From assembly GCA_965209155.1 (NCBI GenBank), contig OZ242383.1:512001-576000 (forward strand): DNA of 64,000 nt, given 5' to 3'. Source of the DNA: a bacterium. GTDB lineage: Bacteria > SAR324 > NAC60-12. Below the pieces are notes generated by a model. That model was not told the DNA's origin. It saw nothing but the letters and a program-made list of their open reading frames with translations, and did not search any database. Positions 39,672 through 49,854 of this stretch are shown here, in pieces (the first letter of the stretch is position 1; each line of letters opens with the position of its first letter). The position numbers and the translations under genes were made by a program.

Positions 39672-41165
39672 ATGACGCAGTACGTGCTCGGCTACGATAT
39701 TGGAAGTTCTGCTATAAAAGCTGCGCTGGTGGAAGTCGACAGCGGCAGAGTGCAAGCTTCAGCCACTGCTCCACAAACCGAGATGTCGATTCAAGCGCCC
39801 AAACCCGGGTGGGCCGAACAAGATCCGCAGGAGTGGTGGATGCATGTGAAGGAGGTCACCCATTGCCTGGCGGGTCAGGACGGTGTCGATCTCCGTCAAG
39901 TCGGGGCAATTGGCATCTCTTATCAGATGCACGGTCTGGTGCTGGTCGATCGAACTCTGAACGTTCTTCGTCCTGCCATCATTTGGTGTGACAGTCGAGC
40001 CGTAGAAATGGGTCAACGGGCTTTTGATGCGATTGGTCCACAAACCTGTCTCGAACGATTGCTCAACTCACCAGGAAATTTCACCGCCTCGAAGTTCAAG
40101 TGGGTCAAGGAAAATGAGCCGGAAATTTACGCCAGGGTTCACAAAGCGATGTTGCCCGGAGATTACATTACTTTGAAAATGACTGGACAACTCTCGACCA
40201 CGCCTGCAGGTCTTTCCGAAGGCATTTTGTGGGATTTCCAGCATCAAGAGATCGCTCACCTGCTCCTGGAACATTTTGGAATTCCCGTCGAGCGCTTCCC
40301 CGAGCTTGTATACAACTTTTCGGAACAGGGTCGCCTGCGCCAAGCGGCTGCAGAAGAACTGGGATTACCGGCGGGAACGCCATTGACATATCGCGGAGGG
40401 GACCAACCCAACAACGCTCTTTCTCTGAACGTGTTGGCACCTGGTGAGATTGCCGCCACTGCAGGGACTTCCGGCGTGATATACGGAGTGAGTGATAAAT
40501 TGCTCCTCGATGATCGCTCCCGGGTTAACACGTTTGTCAATGTAAACCACCACGTCAACAGACCCCGGTACGGTGTTTTGCTGTGCATCAATGGAACCGG
40601 TAGCTTGTACAGTTGGCTCAAGCACAACTTTATGGACTCAGGCACCGGTTACGACGAGATGAACCACCTCGCCGCGTCGGTACCCATTGGTGCCGCAGGT
40701 TTGTCTCTCCTTCCTTTTGGAAACGGTGCGGAACGAACCCTGGATAATCAAAATCCCGGCGCGCAACTCGACTGTCTCGATTTCAACATTCATACGCGAG
40801 CGCACGTGCTGCGAGCCGCAAAAGAGGGAATCGTTTTCGCCTTGCAAGATGGACTGGAGACGATGCGCAGCTTGGGGCTCGAGACGGAGAAGGTACGAGC
40901 CGGGAAGGTCAACCTGTTTCTCAGTCCCCTTTTCTGTGAGGCGTTCGCAGCCCTCACCGGTATCCAGCTCGAACTATACGAGACTGACGGAGCCCAGGGC
41001 GCCGCCCTCGCGGCAGGGGTCGGCGCCGGTATTTACGAGGATGTCGCCGATGCCATGCGCGGATTACGCCTCCTGCAAGTCATTGCTCCGGACCTTTCCA
41101 AAAGAGCGGAATACCAAGACGCTTATCAACGTTGGAAAAGGCGGCTTATAAAAAAATTGAGTTAA
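39672..41165 (+). CDS. xylB: Xylulokinase (FGGY kinase)
   Basis: LGYDIGSS..K, AEQDP..WW, GISYQMHGLV, IIWCDSR, LNSPGNFTASK, GDQPNNA.SL, FGNGAER. Confidence 0.85.
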   Translation: MTQYVLGYDIGSSAIKAALVEVDSGRVQASATAPQTEMSIQAPKPGWAEQDPQEWWMHVKEVTHCLAGQDGVDLRQVGAIGISYQMHGLVLVDRTLNVLRPAIIWCDSRAVEMGQRAFDAIGPQTCLERLLNSPGNFTASKFKWVKENEPEIYARVHKAMLPGDYITLKMTGQLSTTPAGLSEGILWDFQHQEIAHLLLEHFGIPVERFPELVYNFSEQGRLRQAAAEELGLPAGTPLTYRGGDQPNNALSLNVLAPGEIAATAGTSGVIYGVSDKLLLDDRSRVNTFVNVNHHVNRPRYGVLLCINGTGSLYSWLKHNFMDSGTGYDEMNHLAASVPIGAAGLSLLPFGNGAERTLDNQNPGAQLDCLDFNIHTRAHVLRAAKEGIVFALQDGLETMRSLGLETEKVRAGKVNLFLSPLFCEAFAALTGIQLELYETDGAQGAALAAGVGAGIYEDVADAMRGLRLLQVIAPDLSKRAEYQDAYQRWKRRLIKKLS

Positions 41166-41279
41166 ATAATTTTGATTGGCTCCTTAAAGCTGCCGTCAAG
41201 GATTGGAAAGTCCGTAAAGGGAATCCGAATGCGAATGTTTCATGAATTCTCAATGGAGTTCTTATTGCAAAATTTGTTC

Positions 41280-41435
41280 AAGTAACCTTCATGGAATAGT
41301 ATTCCACCCCGGAGAATGAAAAAAATTTCAAAGGGTTATCCCATTATTTTCACGGTAAGTAACCTTCATGGAATAGTATTCCACCCCGGAGAATGAAAAA
41401 AATTTCAAAGGGTTATCCCATTATTTTCACGGTAA
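41280..41435. repeat. Perfect tandem duplication, 2 x 77 bp
   Basis: Units starting AAGTAACCTTCATGG at 41280 and 41357. Confidence 0.92.
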
Positions 41436-41437
41436 CA

Positions 41438-42145
41438 TCAGCTTTTCACTGCACCGGCAATCGATTCAGCCGTTTGGCCGAATAAAATTTTGCGAGATTC
41501 CTCTTCGTTTAATGGGGTTTGTTCGCGCAATTCCTTCCCCGTATCCACGCCTTTTTGGACGGCGGGGCGGGCTTTCATGGTGTCAAACCAACGGCGCAGA
41601 CGCGGGAATTCATCCAAACTCTGTTCATATCGCTGGTAAGGAACAATCCATGGGAAAGAAGCCATATCCGCAATGGAATAGTCTCCAGCGAGGAAATTAC
41701 GATTTTCCAATTGACGTTCCATCACTCCCAACAATCGATTGTATTCGTTCCCATAACGCTGCAAGGCATAAGGGATTTTTTCCGGCGCGTAGTTGATAAA
41801 GTGCCCCAGTTGCCCTGCCATCGGACCCAAATTCCCGACTTGCCAATACAACCATTGAATCACCTCATAACGATTGCTCAACTCAAGCGGCATGTATTTT
41901 CCCGTTTTTTCAGCCAGATACGTCAAAATGGCGCCTGATTCAAAAATCGACACCACGCCGCCATCCGCATCATGGTCCACGATGGCGGGCATGCGGTTAT
42001 TGGGGCTGATTTTGAGAAAATCCGCTTTGAATTGATCCCCACGCCCAATATTCACCGGGACCAGGTTGTAAGGCAGATTGCATTCTTCGAGCATGATCGT
42101 GATTTTCCATCCGTTGGGCGTTGGCCAAAAATAAAGATCAATCAT
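41438..42145 (-). CDS. Glutathione S-transferase, YfcG/YghU-like
   Basis: TPNG.K, ISPNNRMPAI, FESGAIL.YLA, YSIADMA. Confidence 0.92.
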   Translation of the reverse strand: MIDLYFWPTPNGWKITIMLEECNLPYNLVPVNIGRGDQFKADFLKISPNNRMPAIVDHDADGGVVSIFESGAILTYLAEKTGKYMPLELSNRYEVIQWLYWQVGNLGPMAGQLGHFINYAPEKIPYALQRYGNEYNRLLGVMERQLENRNFLAGDYSIADMASFPWIVPYQRYEQSLDEFPRLRRWFDTMKARPAVQKGVDTGKELREQTPLNEEESRKILFGQTAESIAGAVKS

Positions 42146-42181
42146 TGAAATATTCCTTTTTGTAAAAAAAATTGTAAAACG

Positions 42182-42949
42182 CTACTTGCCAAATCGAGCG
42201 TTCAATCGTCTCATGCCATTGAGCCAACGGTCATAATCGGAAGATTTACGCTGCATATATGTCAAAACCATCGGATGCGGCAAAACCAGGAAAAGTTCTT
42301 CGTCGAGTGTCTCGATCACGCAGTCCGCCACCTCTTCTGGATCGAGCATGCCATCCACTCCCGCTACGCCTCCGTTTTCCAAACCGGCTGTCATATTCGT
42401 ACGAACGGCTTGGGGACAAAGCACCGAAACCTTGATGCCTTGATCACCATAGGTAATGGCAAGATATTCAGCAAATGCGACCGCCGCGTGTTTGGTCACT
42501 CCGTAAGGAGCCGATCCAATTTGATTCAACAATCCCGCAGCAGAAGCGGTATTCAGGAGATAGCCGCCACCCCGGGCAACCATGACAGGGACAACAGCGC
42601 GCGCGGCATAGACATGGGCCATCAAATTGATCTCCCAAATCTTTTGCCAATCGGCATTGGATGCTTCAAATCCCCCATTGACGGAAATCCCGGCATTGGA
42701 ACAAAACAAATCGATCGGACCGACTTGATTTTCCGTTTCCTCCACCAAACGGACGATATCGGTTTCCTGGCTGACGTCGACTCGCTTAGCGACCGCGCCG
42801 ATCTCCTTTGCCACGGCCCGGCAATGCGCCTCTTCGAGGTCGGCGATCACTACTCTCCGAGCACCTTCTTTCACGAATCGTGAAGCCAAAGCCTTACCAA
42901 TTCCATTGGCTCCACCGGTCACTACCGCAATTTTATTTTTCAGTTTCAT
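42182..42949 (-). CDS. Short-chain dehydrogenase/reductase
   Basis: VTGGANGIG, SNAG, TASAAG, YGVTKHA (YxxxK). Confidence 0.93.
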   Translation of the reverse strand: MKLKNKIAVVTGGANGIGKALASRFVKEGARRVVIADLEEAHCRAVAKEIGAVAKRVDVSQETDIVRLVEETENQVGPIDLFCSNAGISVNGGFEASNADWQKIWEINLMAHVYAARAVVPVMVARGGGYLLNTASAAGLLNQIGSAPYGVTKHAAVAFAEYLAITYGDQGIKVSVLCPQAVRTNMTAGLENGGVAGVDGMLDPEEVADCVIETLDEELFLVLPHPMVLTYMQRKSSDYDRWLNGMRRLNARFGK

Positions 42950-43155
42950 GGTATTTCTTGATATCGAAGGCGTAGTCACTCACGCCGATTTTCTTCGATT
43001 AGTTCCAAATTTCCAGACACGGTTTGGAATCGTTGTTATTGTTTTTACCACAAATCGAATCACAGTGACAATTCCTGCATTTGAAAAGATTATCTCATGA
43101 TCGCCATTCTTTTTCAAAGGATTGGCTTCCAGAGGCATTCTGGCACGATTAAGTA

Positions 43156-43376
43156 ACCCGAGTTCGACATAAATCTTTAATTAGGAGAATCCTGATGTAT
43201 ATGTCATCCTCGCTAAACTTGTCCCTGCGAAAGCAGGGAGCAGGTAGCGGGGATCCAGATTTCTGTCTGGCTTCATAACTCTGGATTCCTGCTTTCGCAG
43301 GAATGACATGGTTTCTCTAAGATATGAAAATTCCATAATATATTGCATTTATTAAAAATTTATCTCGAACCCAGGT
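43156..43376 (-). mobile_element. MITE-like element, copy 3 (reverse orientation)
   Basis: ACCCGAGTTCGACATAAATC ... TCTCGAACCCAGGT; internal REP pair. Confidence 0.85.
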
Positions 43377-44280
43377 TAAGTAAATTGATGTCGGAATGCT
43401 GGTGAAATGCTTCCAGGATGTTTTCACTTATTTTTTCTTCGATGTTACGACGATGGCGGGGGTCGCAAAGGTGACGGATGGTCAATAAAATACCTTTTTC
43501 CTCGATACTGGTATAAACCGTAGGCGTGAGGGTGGGAGCAATGACATAGGCTTTCGCTTTTTCCCGGAACGCTTTTTGCTGGGCAGCGTTTAAGGTTGCG
43601 GAATGCTTTTCAGAGATCGATTGCAACAAATCTTTCGCGCTTTTCCAATCGCTGTCTCCCGTGAGCATGACGCGAATTTCGTTCCAAACGAATGGTAACC
43701 CGCGGCTATAATTGGCCACTCCCTCCGTAATCACAATCCCATTGGGCACTTTGAGAAGCCGCCCGGTGCTTTGGTCACCCCCCACCCATTGGCCAATTTC
43801 CATCAAAGTGAAATAAAAAAATCCCATATCAATCACGTCTCCCTTGTATTTGCCAATTTCGATGCGATCTCCCACGCTGAACAGCTCTCTCCAAATGATG
43901 GTGACCCAGGCAAACAAGTTTTGAATGGGTTCCTTGAGAATGATGGTAATTGCCGCGGAAATGAGGCCGAGGAAAGTGAGGATCGACTGGACGCCGCTGA
44001 ACCATAAACGGATCAGCAGCACCATTCCCAGGAGGAACACGAAATACTGCACGATCTGACGCCAGATATAGCGGGTATGGTCATTTTGAATTTTCACAAC
44101 CGTCAACTTCAAGATCACCGTTCTTATGATCCAGAGTCCAATAACGACGAGGATGGACTGAATCACGATGGCTTGGGTCTCCGGAATGGTATTTATGAGG
44201 GTTTGAAAAAAATTATCCATGGAAGGCGTGGAGTAAAATGAAACGGTTGAAAAATATTTGATAAACTCCTCGGATTTCAA
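43360..44280 (-). CDS. MscS small-conductance mechanosensitive channel
   Basis: Three TM segments; F.VGDRIEIG..KGDVID.G; G.LLKVPN; start may be ATG 44220. Confidence 0.9.
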   Translation of the reverse strand: MKSEEFIKYFSTVSFYSTPSMDNFFQTLINTIPETQAIVIQSILVVIGLWIIRTVILKLTVVKIQNDHTRYIWRQIVQYFVFLLGMVLLIRLWFSGVQSILTFLGLISAAITIILKEPIQNLFAWVTIIWRELFSVGDRIEIGKYKGDVIDMGFFYFTLMEIGQWVGGDQSTGRLLKVPNGIVITEGVANYSRGLPFVWNEIRVMLTGDSDWKSAKDLLQSISEKHSATLNAAQQKAFREKAKAYVIAPTLTPTVYTSIEEKGILLTIRHLCDPRHRRNIEEKISENILEAFHQHSDINLLNLGSR

Positions 44281-44532
44281 ATCCTTGATTCCTGCACGAT
44301 AAATGCCAAATCCCTGCTGGCTTGAGAAAGGGAGGTTTGGTGCGCCTGGCTATGCGTATTCTTGATTCAATGGCGAGTTTGGATCAATCCGCATGGACCC
44401 GTCAATACTCGATCCGCTGACATGGGAAATATTCTTTCGAGCGCACGATTGTCGAACAGGCGAGATATACCCGGCAGGTCGAACCGGAGACGATCGAGCC
44501 GATGCCGGACAAACTTCGACTGGCGGAAATTC

Positions 44533-45015
44533 TCAGCGCAGGTCGACCCAAAATGCCCCCGATCCTCCGTGACGAGGAGAGGCGGGAAAAAAATCCTTGA
44601 TAAAGGGAGCACCGTTCCGCTGCAACCAGGAACGAGTCGCGTGATTCAAAACAGGTCCCTCATCTCCTGAATGGGAGCCTTTACCGGTGATGATCAATAA
44701 ACTTCGCAGGTGCCGGCGGTAACTGAGAGTGACGAAATTTTGCACTAAAATGATAGCCTCCTCTTCCGTTTTTCCGTGAAGATCCAAAGTGGCGTCGGGA
44801 TTTCTGGAAAAGTCGGTATTGCGAAATGCGCCTTTCTTGCGGGAACGCGCAGGGGTCTTCCGAAATGCGCCTTTCTTGTCCCTCTTGACGAGAGAATCTT
44901 CCGCATACTCCTGTTCAGGAAGAGTTTCCAGCATGGACTTCAACAACGTGTCGTCGTCTTCCGAACTTCTGAATTTTATCCCTGAAAAAAAATCTTTTTG
45001 ATCCCGATCTTTCAT
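44533..45015 (-). CDS. Smr/MutS2 C-terminal domain protein
   Basis: LDLHG.T.EEA, LIITGKG.HS, GG.GA..V.L. Confidence 0.92.
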   Translation of the reverse strand: MKDRDQKDFFSGIKFRSSEDDDTLLKSMLETLPEQEYAEDSLVKRDKKGAFRKTPARSRKKGAFRNTDFSRNPDATLDLHGKTEEEAIILVQNFVTLSYRRHLRSLLIITGKGSHSGDEGPVLNHATRSWLQRNGAPFIKDFFPASPRHGGSGAFWVDLR

Positions 45016-45382
45016 GGCTCTTTCCCCAAACAATCGCACTGCCTGACGAACTACGAATTTATATCATACGTGAATCAGGAGTTAAAAAAACAAACGGGCA
45101 ATGAAGTAAGCCATTTTCCGGTTTCGCGATAAATCTCGGGTTCTTTGAGCAACTGTCAGGAATGAGAACGGACTGACTCCGCAAAAACCCGGGCGGCTCC
45201 TTCGAGCAATTCTGTTGGTCGCAATTCCAGATGATGTTATAATGCGTCCCGCTTCCGATAAAATCAGGGTCATGCAACCCTGACGGATGATAATGACAAA
45301 CATCTTTCAAAATAGCATGAGCATTGATATTAAAGAACAAAAAAGGAAACTTATTCCTCTTTAGCCCTCGAGTTTTGGTCGC

Positions 45383-46825
45383 ATGCCGTTAAAAATTTAC
45401 AATTCACTGACTCGGGAAGAAGAAAATTTCACTCCAATCCGCCCCCGTCGAGTCTCCCTCTATGTTTGCGGTCCGACCGTCTATGGTGACTCTCACCTGG
45501 GACATGGAAAAACCTATATCGGTTTCGACGTGATCTTGCGCTACTTCCAGTTTCTCGGATACCAGACGTTTTATGTGCAAAACATCACCGACGTCGGTCA
45601 TCTGGTGGACGATTCCGACGACGGTGAAGACAAGATCCTCAAAAAATCACGAGAAGCCGACAAAGAACCGATGGCCATTGCGGAATACTATACCCGTCGT
45701 CACTTCGACGTGATGGATCGTTTGCAAGTGCAACGACCCGATATTTCCCCAAGGGCGACTGGCCATATTCCGGAACAATTGCAGGCGATTCGGAAAATGC
45801 TGGCTCAAGGAGATGCTTATGAGGTCAATGGGTCGATTTACTTTGATATTTCCCGTGACCCTGCCTACGGACGACTGTCCAATCGCAGTCAAGAGGACAT
45901 GTTGAGCGGAACCCGGGTCACGAGTCGTTCTGAAAAACGCCATCCCCATGACTTCGCTCTTTGGAAACACGCGGAACCAGGACACTTGATGCGTTGGGAG
46001 GACCCGTGGAGCGGCCAGGGTTACCCCGGTTGGCACACCGAGTGCGTGGTGATGAGTACCAAGTACATGGGAGACGAGTTTGATATTCATGGGGGAGGGA
46101 TGGATTTGAAGTTTCCCCACCATGAATGTGAACTGGCCCTGGCGCGTTGTATGGGTCAACCCTTTGCCCGATTTTGGATGCACAGCAACATCTTGAATAT
46201 CAATGGACAGAGCATGAGCAAGTCACTGGGAAACTCCATCACGCTGGAGGAGGCATGTCAGAAATATAGTCCCCTTGCCGTACGATATTTCATTATCGCC
46301 AGCCATTACCGCTCCGTGGTCGATTTCAGTGAAGAGGCGCTGCAATCCGCGCAGATTGCCTTGCTTCGTTTGTACCAGGTGGTCACGGCTTTGCGGGAGC
46401 GGTATCCCGCGGAAGCCAGTCCGCAGCATCGCCATTTTCAAGAGTACCGCCATCGATTCTGCGCCGCCATGGACAATGATTTCTCAACACCCCAGGCACT
46501 GGGCGTGCTTTTTGATTTAACAAGGGCAGCCAATAATTTGCTGAATCAGCCTTCTCCAGATCCCGACGCCATCGTCGATGCGGAACACCTCTTTTCGACC
46601 CTGGGGGGAGGGGTTTTGGGCTTGATTCCCCCTACCCTGGAATCCTCCAGGGAATCGGGCGAAAAATTTGAAGAAGTGATGAAATTGGTGATCGAGTTGA
46701 GAAACCGGTTTCGAGACAAGCGGGATTATGGGGCTGCCGATTTTATCCGGGAGCAGCTCAATTCTTTAGGGATTCAACTCAAAGATAGCAGGGGAGCGAC
46801 TTTCTGGGAATGGTTGAAAGATTGA
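45383..46825 (+). CDS. cysS: Cysteine--tRNA ligase
   Basis: [44 protein letters not shown]. Confidence 0.97.
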   Translation: MPLKIYNSLTREEENFTPIRPRRVSLYVCGPTVYGDSHLGHGKTYIGFDVILRYFQFLGYQTFYVQNITDVGHLVDDSDDGEDKILKKSREADKEPMAIAEYYTRRHFDVMDRLQVQRPDISPRATGHIPEQLQAIRKMLAQGDAYEVNGSIYFDISRDPAYGRLSNRSQEDMLSGTRVTSRSEKRHPHDFALWKHAEPGHLMRWEDPWSGQGYPGWHTECVVMSTKYMGDEFDIHGGGMDLKFPHHECELALARCMGQPFARFWMHSNILNINGQSMSKSLGNSITLEEACQKYSPLAVRYFIIASHYRSVVDFSEEALQSAQIALLRLYQVVTALRERYPAEASPQHRHFQEYRHRFCAAMDNDFSTPQALGVLFDLTRAANNLLNQPSPDPDAIVDAEHLFSTLGGGVLGLIPPTLESSRESGEKFEEVMKLVIELRNRFRDKRDYGAADFIREQLNSLGIQLKDSRGATFWEWLKD

Positions 46826-46860
46826 GACTTATTTGCATTTCAGTTCATAAATTCGCATAG

Positions 46861-48609
46861 ATGGAAAAACTCAATAAAGGGAAATTAAGCGACATCAGGC
46901 GTCTTGTCGACCTGGTCCTCCCCTATAAAGGCTGGATCGTCCTCAGCGTTTTCTGTTCTCTGGGATACAACCTGTTCACGGCAGCACCCGGGTGGTATGC
47001 CAAAGATATCATCGATGCGATAGAACACAAACCAAGGCTGGAAAATTTCTTCATGGTGGCAATCGGAATAGTCTTCGTTTTCACCATGAAAGGCGTTTTT
47101 TCATTCGTTCAGACCTTCAGCATGGGACTGATGGTACAGCGCCTGTTGTCTTCGTTACGCACTCAATTGTTTGAACATATTCAGGGATTGTCGCTTTCCT
47201 TTTTCGACAAGTCCAAAACAGGCGACCTGATTGCTCGATTCACCAATGACATTCAAGTCCTGCAAGAAGCCCTCAACGTGGGAATCACCGGGCCTTTTCG
47301 AGACATCCCTCTCGTTTTCATTCTCACGGGGATGATGATTTATCGCAGTTGGCAATTGAGCCTGTTTCTCCTGATCATCATTCCCATCGCCCTCCTTTGC
47401 ATCCTCAGCTTTGGTAAGCGCAATAAGAGGGCCATCGGCCAGCGTCAAACCAGTTTTGGGGAACTGGCGAATTTTTTAATGGAAACCTTCACCAGTATCC
47501 GGGTGGTTCAGGCATTCAGCATGAAAAAATACGAAAACAAAAGATTTCAGCAAAACAATGATCAACTTTACAAGCACAACCTTCGTTCCGTACTGATCAC
47601 CGCATACTCGTCACCGACCATTGAAGTCGTCGGCGCCTTGGCGGGAGGGATCATCTTCACCTATGGGGGTTATCTCTATGAACAGGGAATCATCACGATC
47701 GGCGATTTGGGATCGTTTTTCCTCCTTTTTTTCATGCTCAACGACCCGGTAAAAAAACTCAATGGGTTCAACCTGAAACTCCAGGAAGGGGCCGCGGCGG
47801 TGCAAAGGGTCCATGCCATCATGGACACCCATCCTGAGATAAAGGACCATCCCAATGCCCGCAAACTGGAGGCTTTTCGAAATAAAATCGAAATCCACAT
47901 CCAACGATTCCAGTATGATTTTCAGGACCAACCTGCCCTGCAGGATATAGACCTGGAAGTGCAAAAAGGAGAAGTGATCGCCTTAGTGGGAAGCAGTGGC
48001 GCGGGTAAAACCAGTTTCGTCAACTTGATTCCACGATTCTACGACCTCAAGGATGGCTACGTAAAAATCGATGGTCATGACGTCAAAGGACTGCAACTTC
48101 AATCACTCCGCAACCACATCTCCGTGGTGACGCAGGAGACCATTCTCTTCAACGATACGATTCTGAATAACATCACTTATGGTCATCCCGAATGCCCGGA
48201 GGAGAAAATGCTGGCTGCCGCTAAGGCATCCAATGCCCATGAATTCATAATCGCCCAACCCCAAGGTTACCAGACACCGATAGGGGAAAAAGGGGTCAAA
48301 CTTTCCGGGGGACAGCGCCAGCGCCTGGCAATTGCAAGAGCCTTGCTCAAAGACGCGCCTATTTTAATTTTGGATGAAGCCACATCTTCTTTGGACTCCG
48401 AATCAGAAATCGCAGTTCAGCAAGCCATCAACAACCTGATGAAAAATCGTACGTCCTTCGTGATTGCCCACCGCCTTTCCACCATCCGACATGCGGATCG
48501 TATTTGCGTATTGGAGAAAGGCAAAATCGTCGAGATTGGCAACCATGAAGCCTTGCTTGAAAATGGAGGAAGGTATCAACGATTTTATGAAATCCAATTT
48601 CAAGAATAA
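46861..48609 (+). CDS. msbA: ABC exporter, MsbA-like (TM domain + NBD)
   Basis: Six-TM N-terminal half; GSSGAGKT, LSGGQRQRLAIAR, ILDEATS, IAHRLST; gene symbol tentative. Confidence 0.8.
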   Translation: MEKLNKGKLSDIRRLVDLVLPYKGWIVLSVFCSLGYNLFTAAPGWYAKDIIDAIEHKPRLENFFMVAIGIVFVFTMKGVFSFVQTFSMGLMVQRLLSSLRTQLFEHIQGLSLSFFDKSKTGDLIARFTNDIQVLQEALNVGITGPFRDIPLVFILTGMMIYRSWQLSLFLLIIIPIALLCILSFGKRNKRAIGQRQTSFGELANFLMETFTSIRVVQAFSMKKYENKRFQQNNDQLYKHNLRSVLITAYSSPTIEVVGALAGGIIFTYGGYLYEQGIITIGDLGSFFLLFFMLNDPVKKLNGFNLKLQEGAAAVQRVHAIMDTHPEIKDHPNARKLEAFRNKIEIHIQRFQYDFQDQPALQDIDLEVQKGEVIALVGSSGAGKTSFVNLIPRFYDLKDGYVKIDGHDVKGLQLQSLRNHISVVTQETILFNDTILNNITYGHPECPEEKMLAAAKASNAHEFIIAQPQGYQTPIGEKGVKLSGGQRQRLAIARALLKDAPILILDEATSSLDSESEIAVQQAINNLMKNRTSFVIAHRLSTIRHADRICVLEKGKIVEIGNHEALLENGGRYQRFYEIQFQE

Positions 48610-48654
48610 CAACCGTCACCATTAACCAACGCTTCCTGATTTAAGCGATATTGG

Positions 48655-49533
48655 TTATTTTGAAGAGCGGGGATCGGAATCTTTCTCTTGGAGGAGAGCA
48701 CGCAGCCGTTCGACTTCCGCAAGCGCTTTTTCTTCTCTTGCCAAGGCAATTTTTTCTCTTGCCAAGGCGTTTTCTTTCAGTTGTCGCTCTTTTTCTTTCA
48801 GTTGTCGCTCTTTTTCTTTTTGCTGACGCTCTTGTTGGAAGCTTTTCAGGAGAAACGGTTGGTAGAGAGGATCCTCGATCAATGTTTCAAAGGCCACCTG
48901 TTTTTCTAAATCCTCCAGACGAAAGGCGAAACGATCCAAAACCCGGGAATGAATCACCTCAGGCTCTTTCTGCTTCATCCTCTCATAAACCCCTTGCTCA
49001 TTGAGGAAATAGAAGGCGGTGTGCTTGCGCAAACGGTCTAATATATAATATTCCGCCACCCCTGCTTTGGCGTATTCTTCTTTTTTGTGGACCGTATCCC
49101 GTTCTACCTCTGCGGGAGTCGAGTCGGATAAAAACTCAATACAGAGATCACAAACTCCCCTAAAAGAACGGTCCAGGGGTTTGGCCTCGACAGGATTGGA
49201 GTGGAGAATCACGGCCAGATCCGGTTTGCGAATACTCACCTTTTGCTTTCCCACCGCCAAACGAAAGCCCATTTCCAATACCATCATCCGTCCGATGGGA
49301 AAGACGGTCAAATACTCTTTTAATAAGTGGAAGAACCATTCATAGAGGGAGATGCTTAAAAAATCGGGCATAGGCTTTTCCTCCAAGAGTCCATTGTTCC
49401 ATTCATATGAACCATCCGGGTGTTCATAATACGTCTTCCAATACTCGGCTTCACTCGCCCTGAGCGGCTCCTTGGCAGAAGGAGGCAACCGTGTTGGAGA
49501 AGAGTGATTTTTGACGGATTCTAAAGAAGTCAT
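48655..49533 (-). CDS. Uma2 (DUF820) family endonuclease-like protein with repetitive coiled-coil tail
   Basis: YEWNNG.LEE, RKPDL, DLCIE.LS.S....D...K..EY...GV.EYYI.D; KEKERQL repeats. Confidence 0.88.
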   Translation of the reverse strand: MTSLESVKNHSSPTRLPPSAKEPLRASEAEYWKTYYEHPDGSYEWNNGLLEEKPMPDFLSISLYEWFFHLLKEYLTVFPIGRMMVLEMGFRLAVGKQKVSIRKPDLAVILHSNPVEAKPLDRSFRGVCDLCIEFLSDSTPAEVERDTVHKKEEYAKAGVAEYYILDRLRKHTAFYFLNEQGVYERMKQKEPEVIHSRVLDRFAFRLEDLEKQVAFETLIEDPLYQPFLLKSFQQERQQKEKERQLKEKERQLKENALAREKIALAREEKALAEVERLRALLQEKDSDPRSSK

Positions 49534-49854
49534 GATGCCCTCGATGAGAAGGAGTGGTGAAATTTGTCGTCTTTTCAAAAACATAACACATTGTGTGGAG
49601 GACAGCAATTTCTATGTTGATCGACTTTAAATAAATCGGACCCATTTTCACAATTATGTTATGTGATTGCTGTCCATTTTCAGCAGCGGTGACGTTGCTG
49701 GATTCTCTTTGATAAATAATTCTGTTGACTATTGATTACTATTTTATTACTGTTCCTTTTCAACACAGGTAACAATGCCCGATGAATCATGCGAAATCGA
49801 TGCGTCAAGCAGCATCATTGATTTCTATTTGATATCTAAAATGGCAGGAGGACG

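Noticed and set aside
49720..49760. Short ATTACTAT-like direct repeats upstream of the giant activator as arm-type binding sites
   Set aside because: Low-complexity AT-rich sequence that cannot be distinguished from chance by eye
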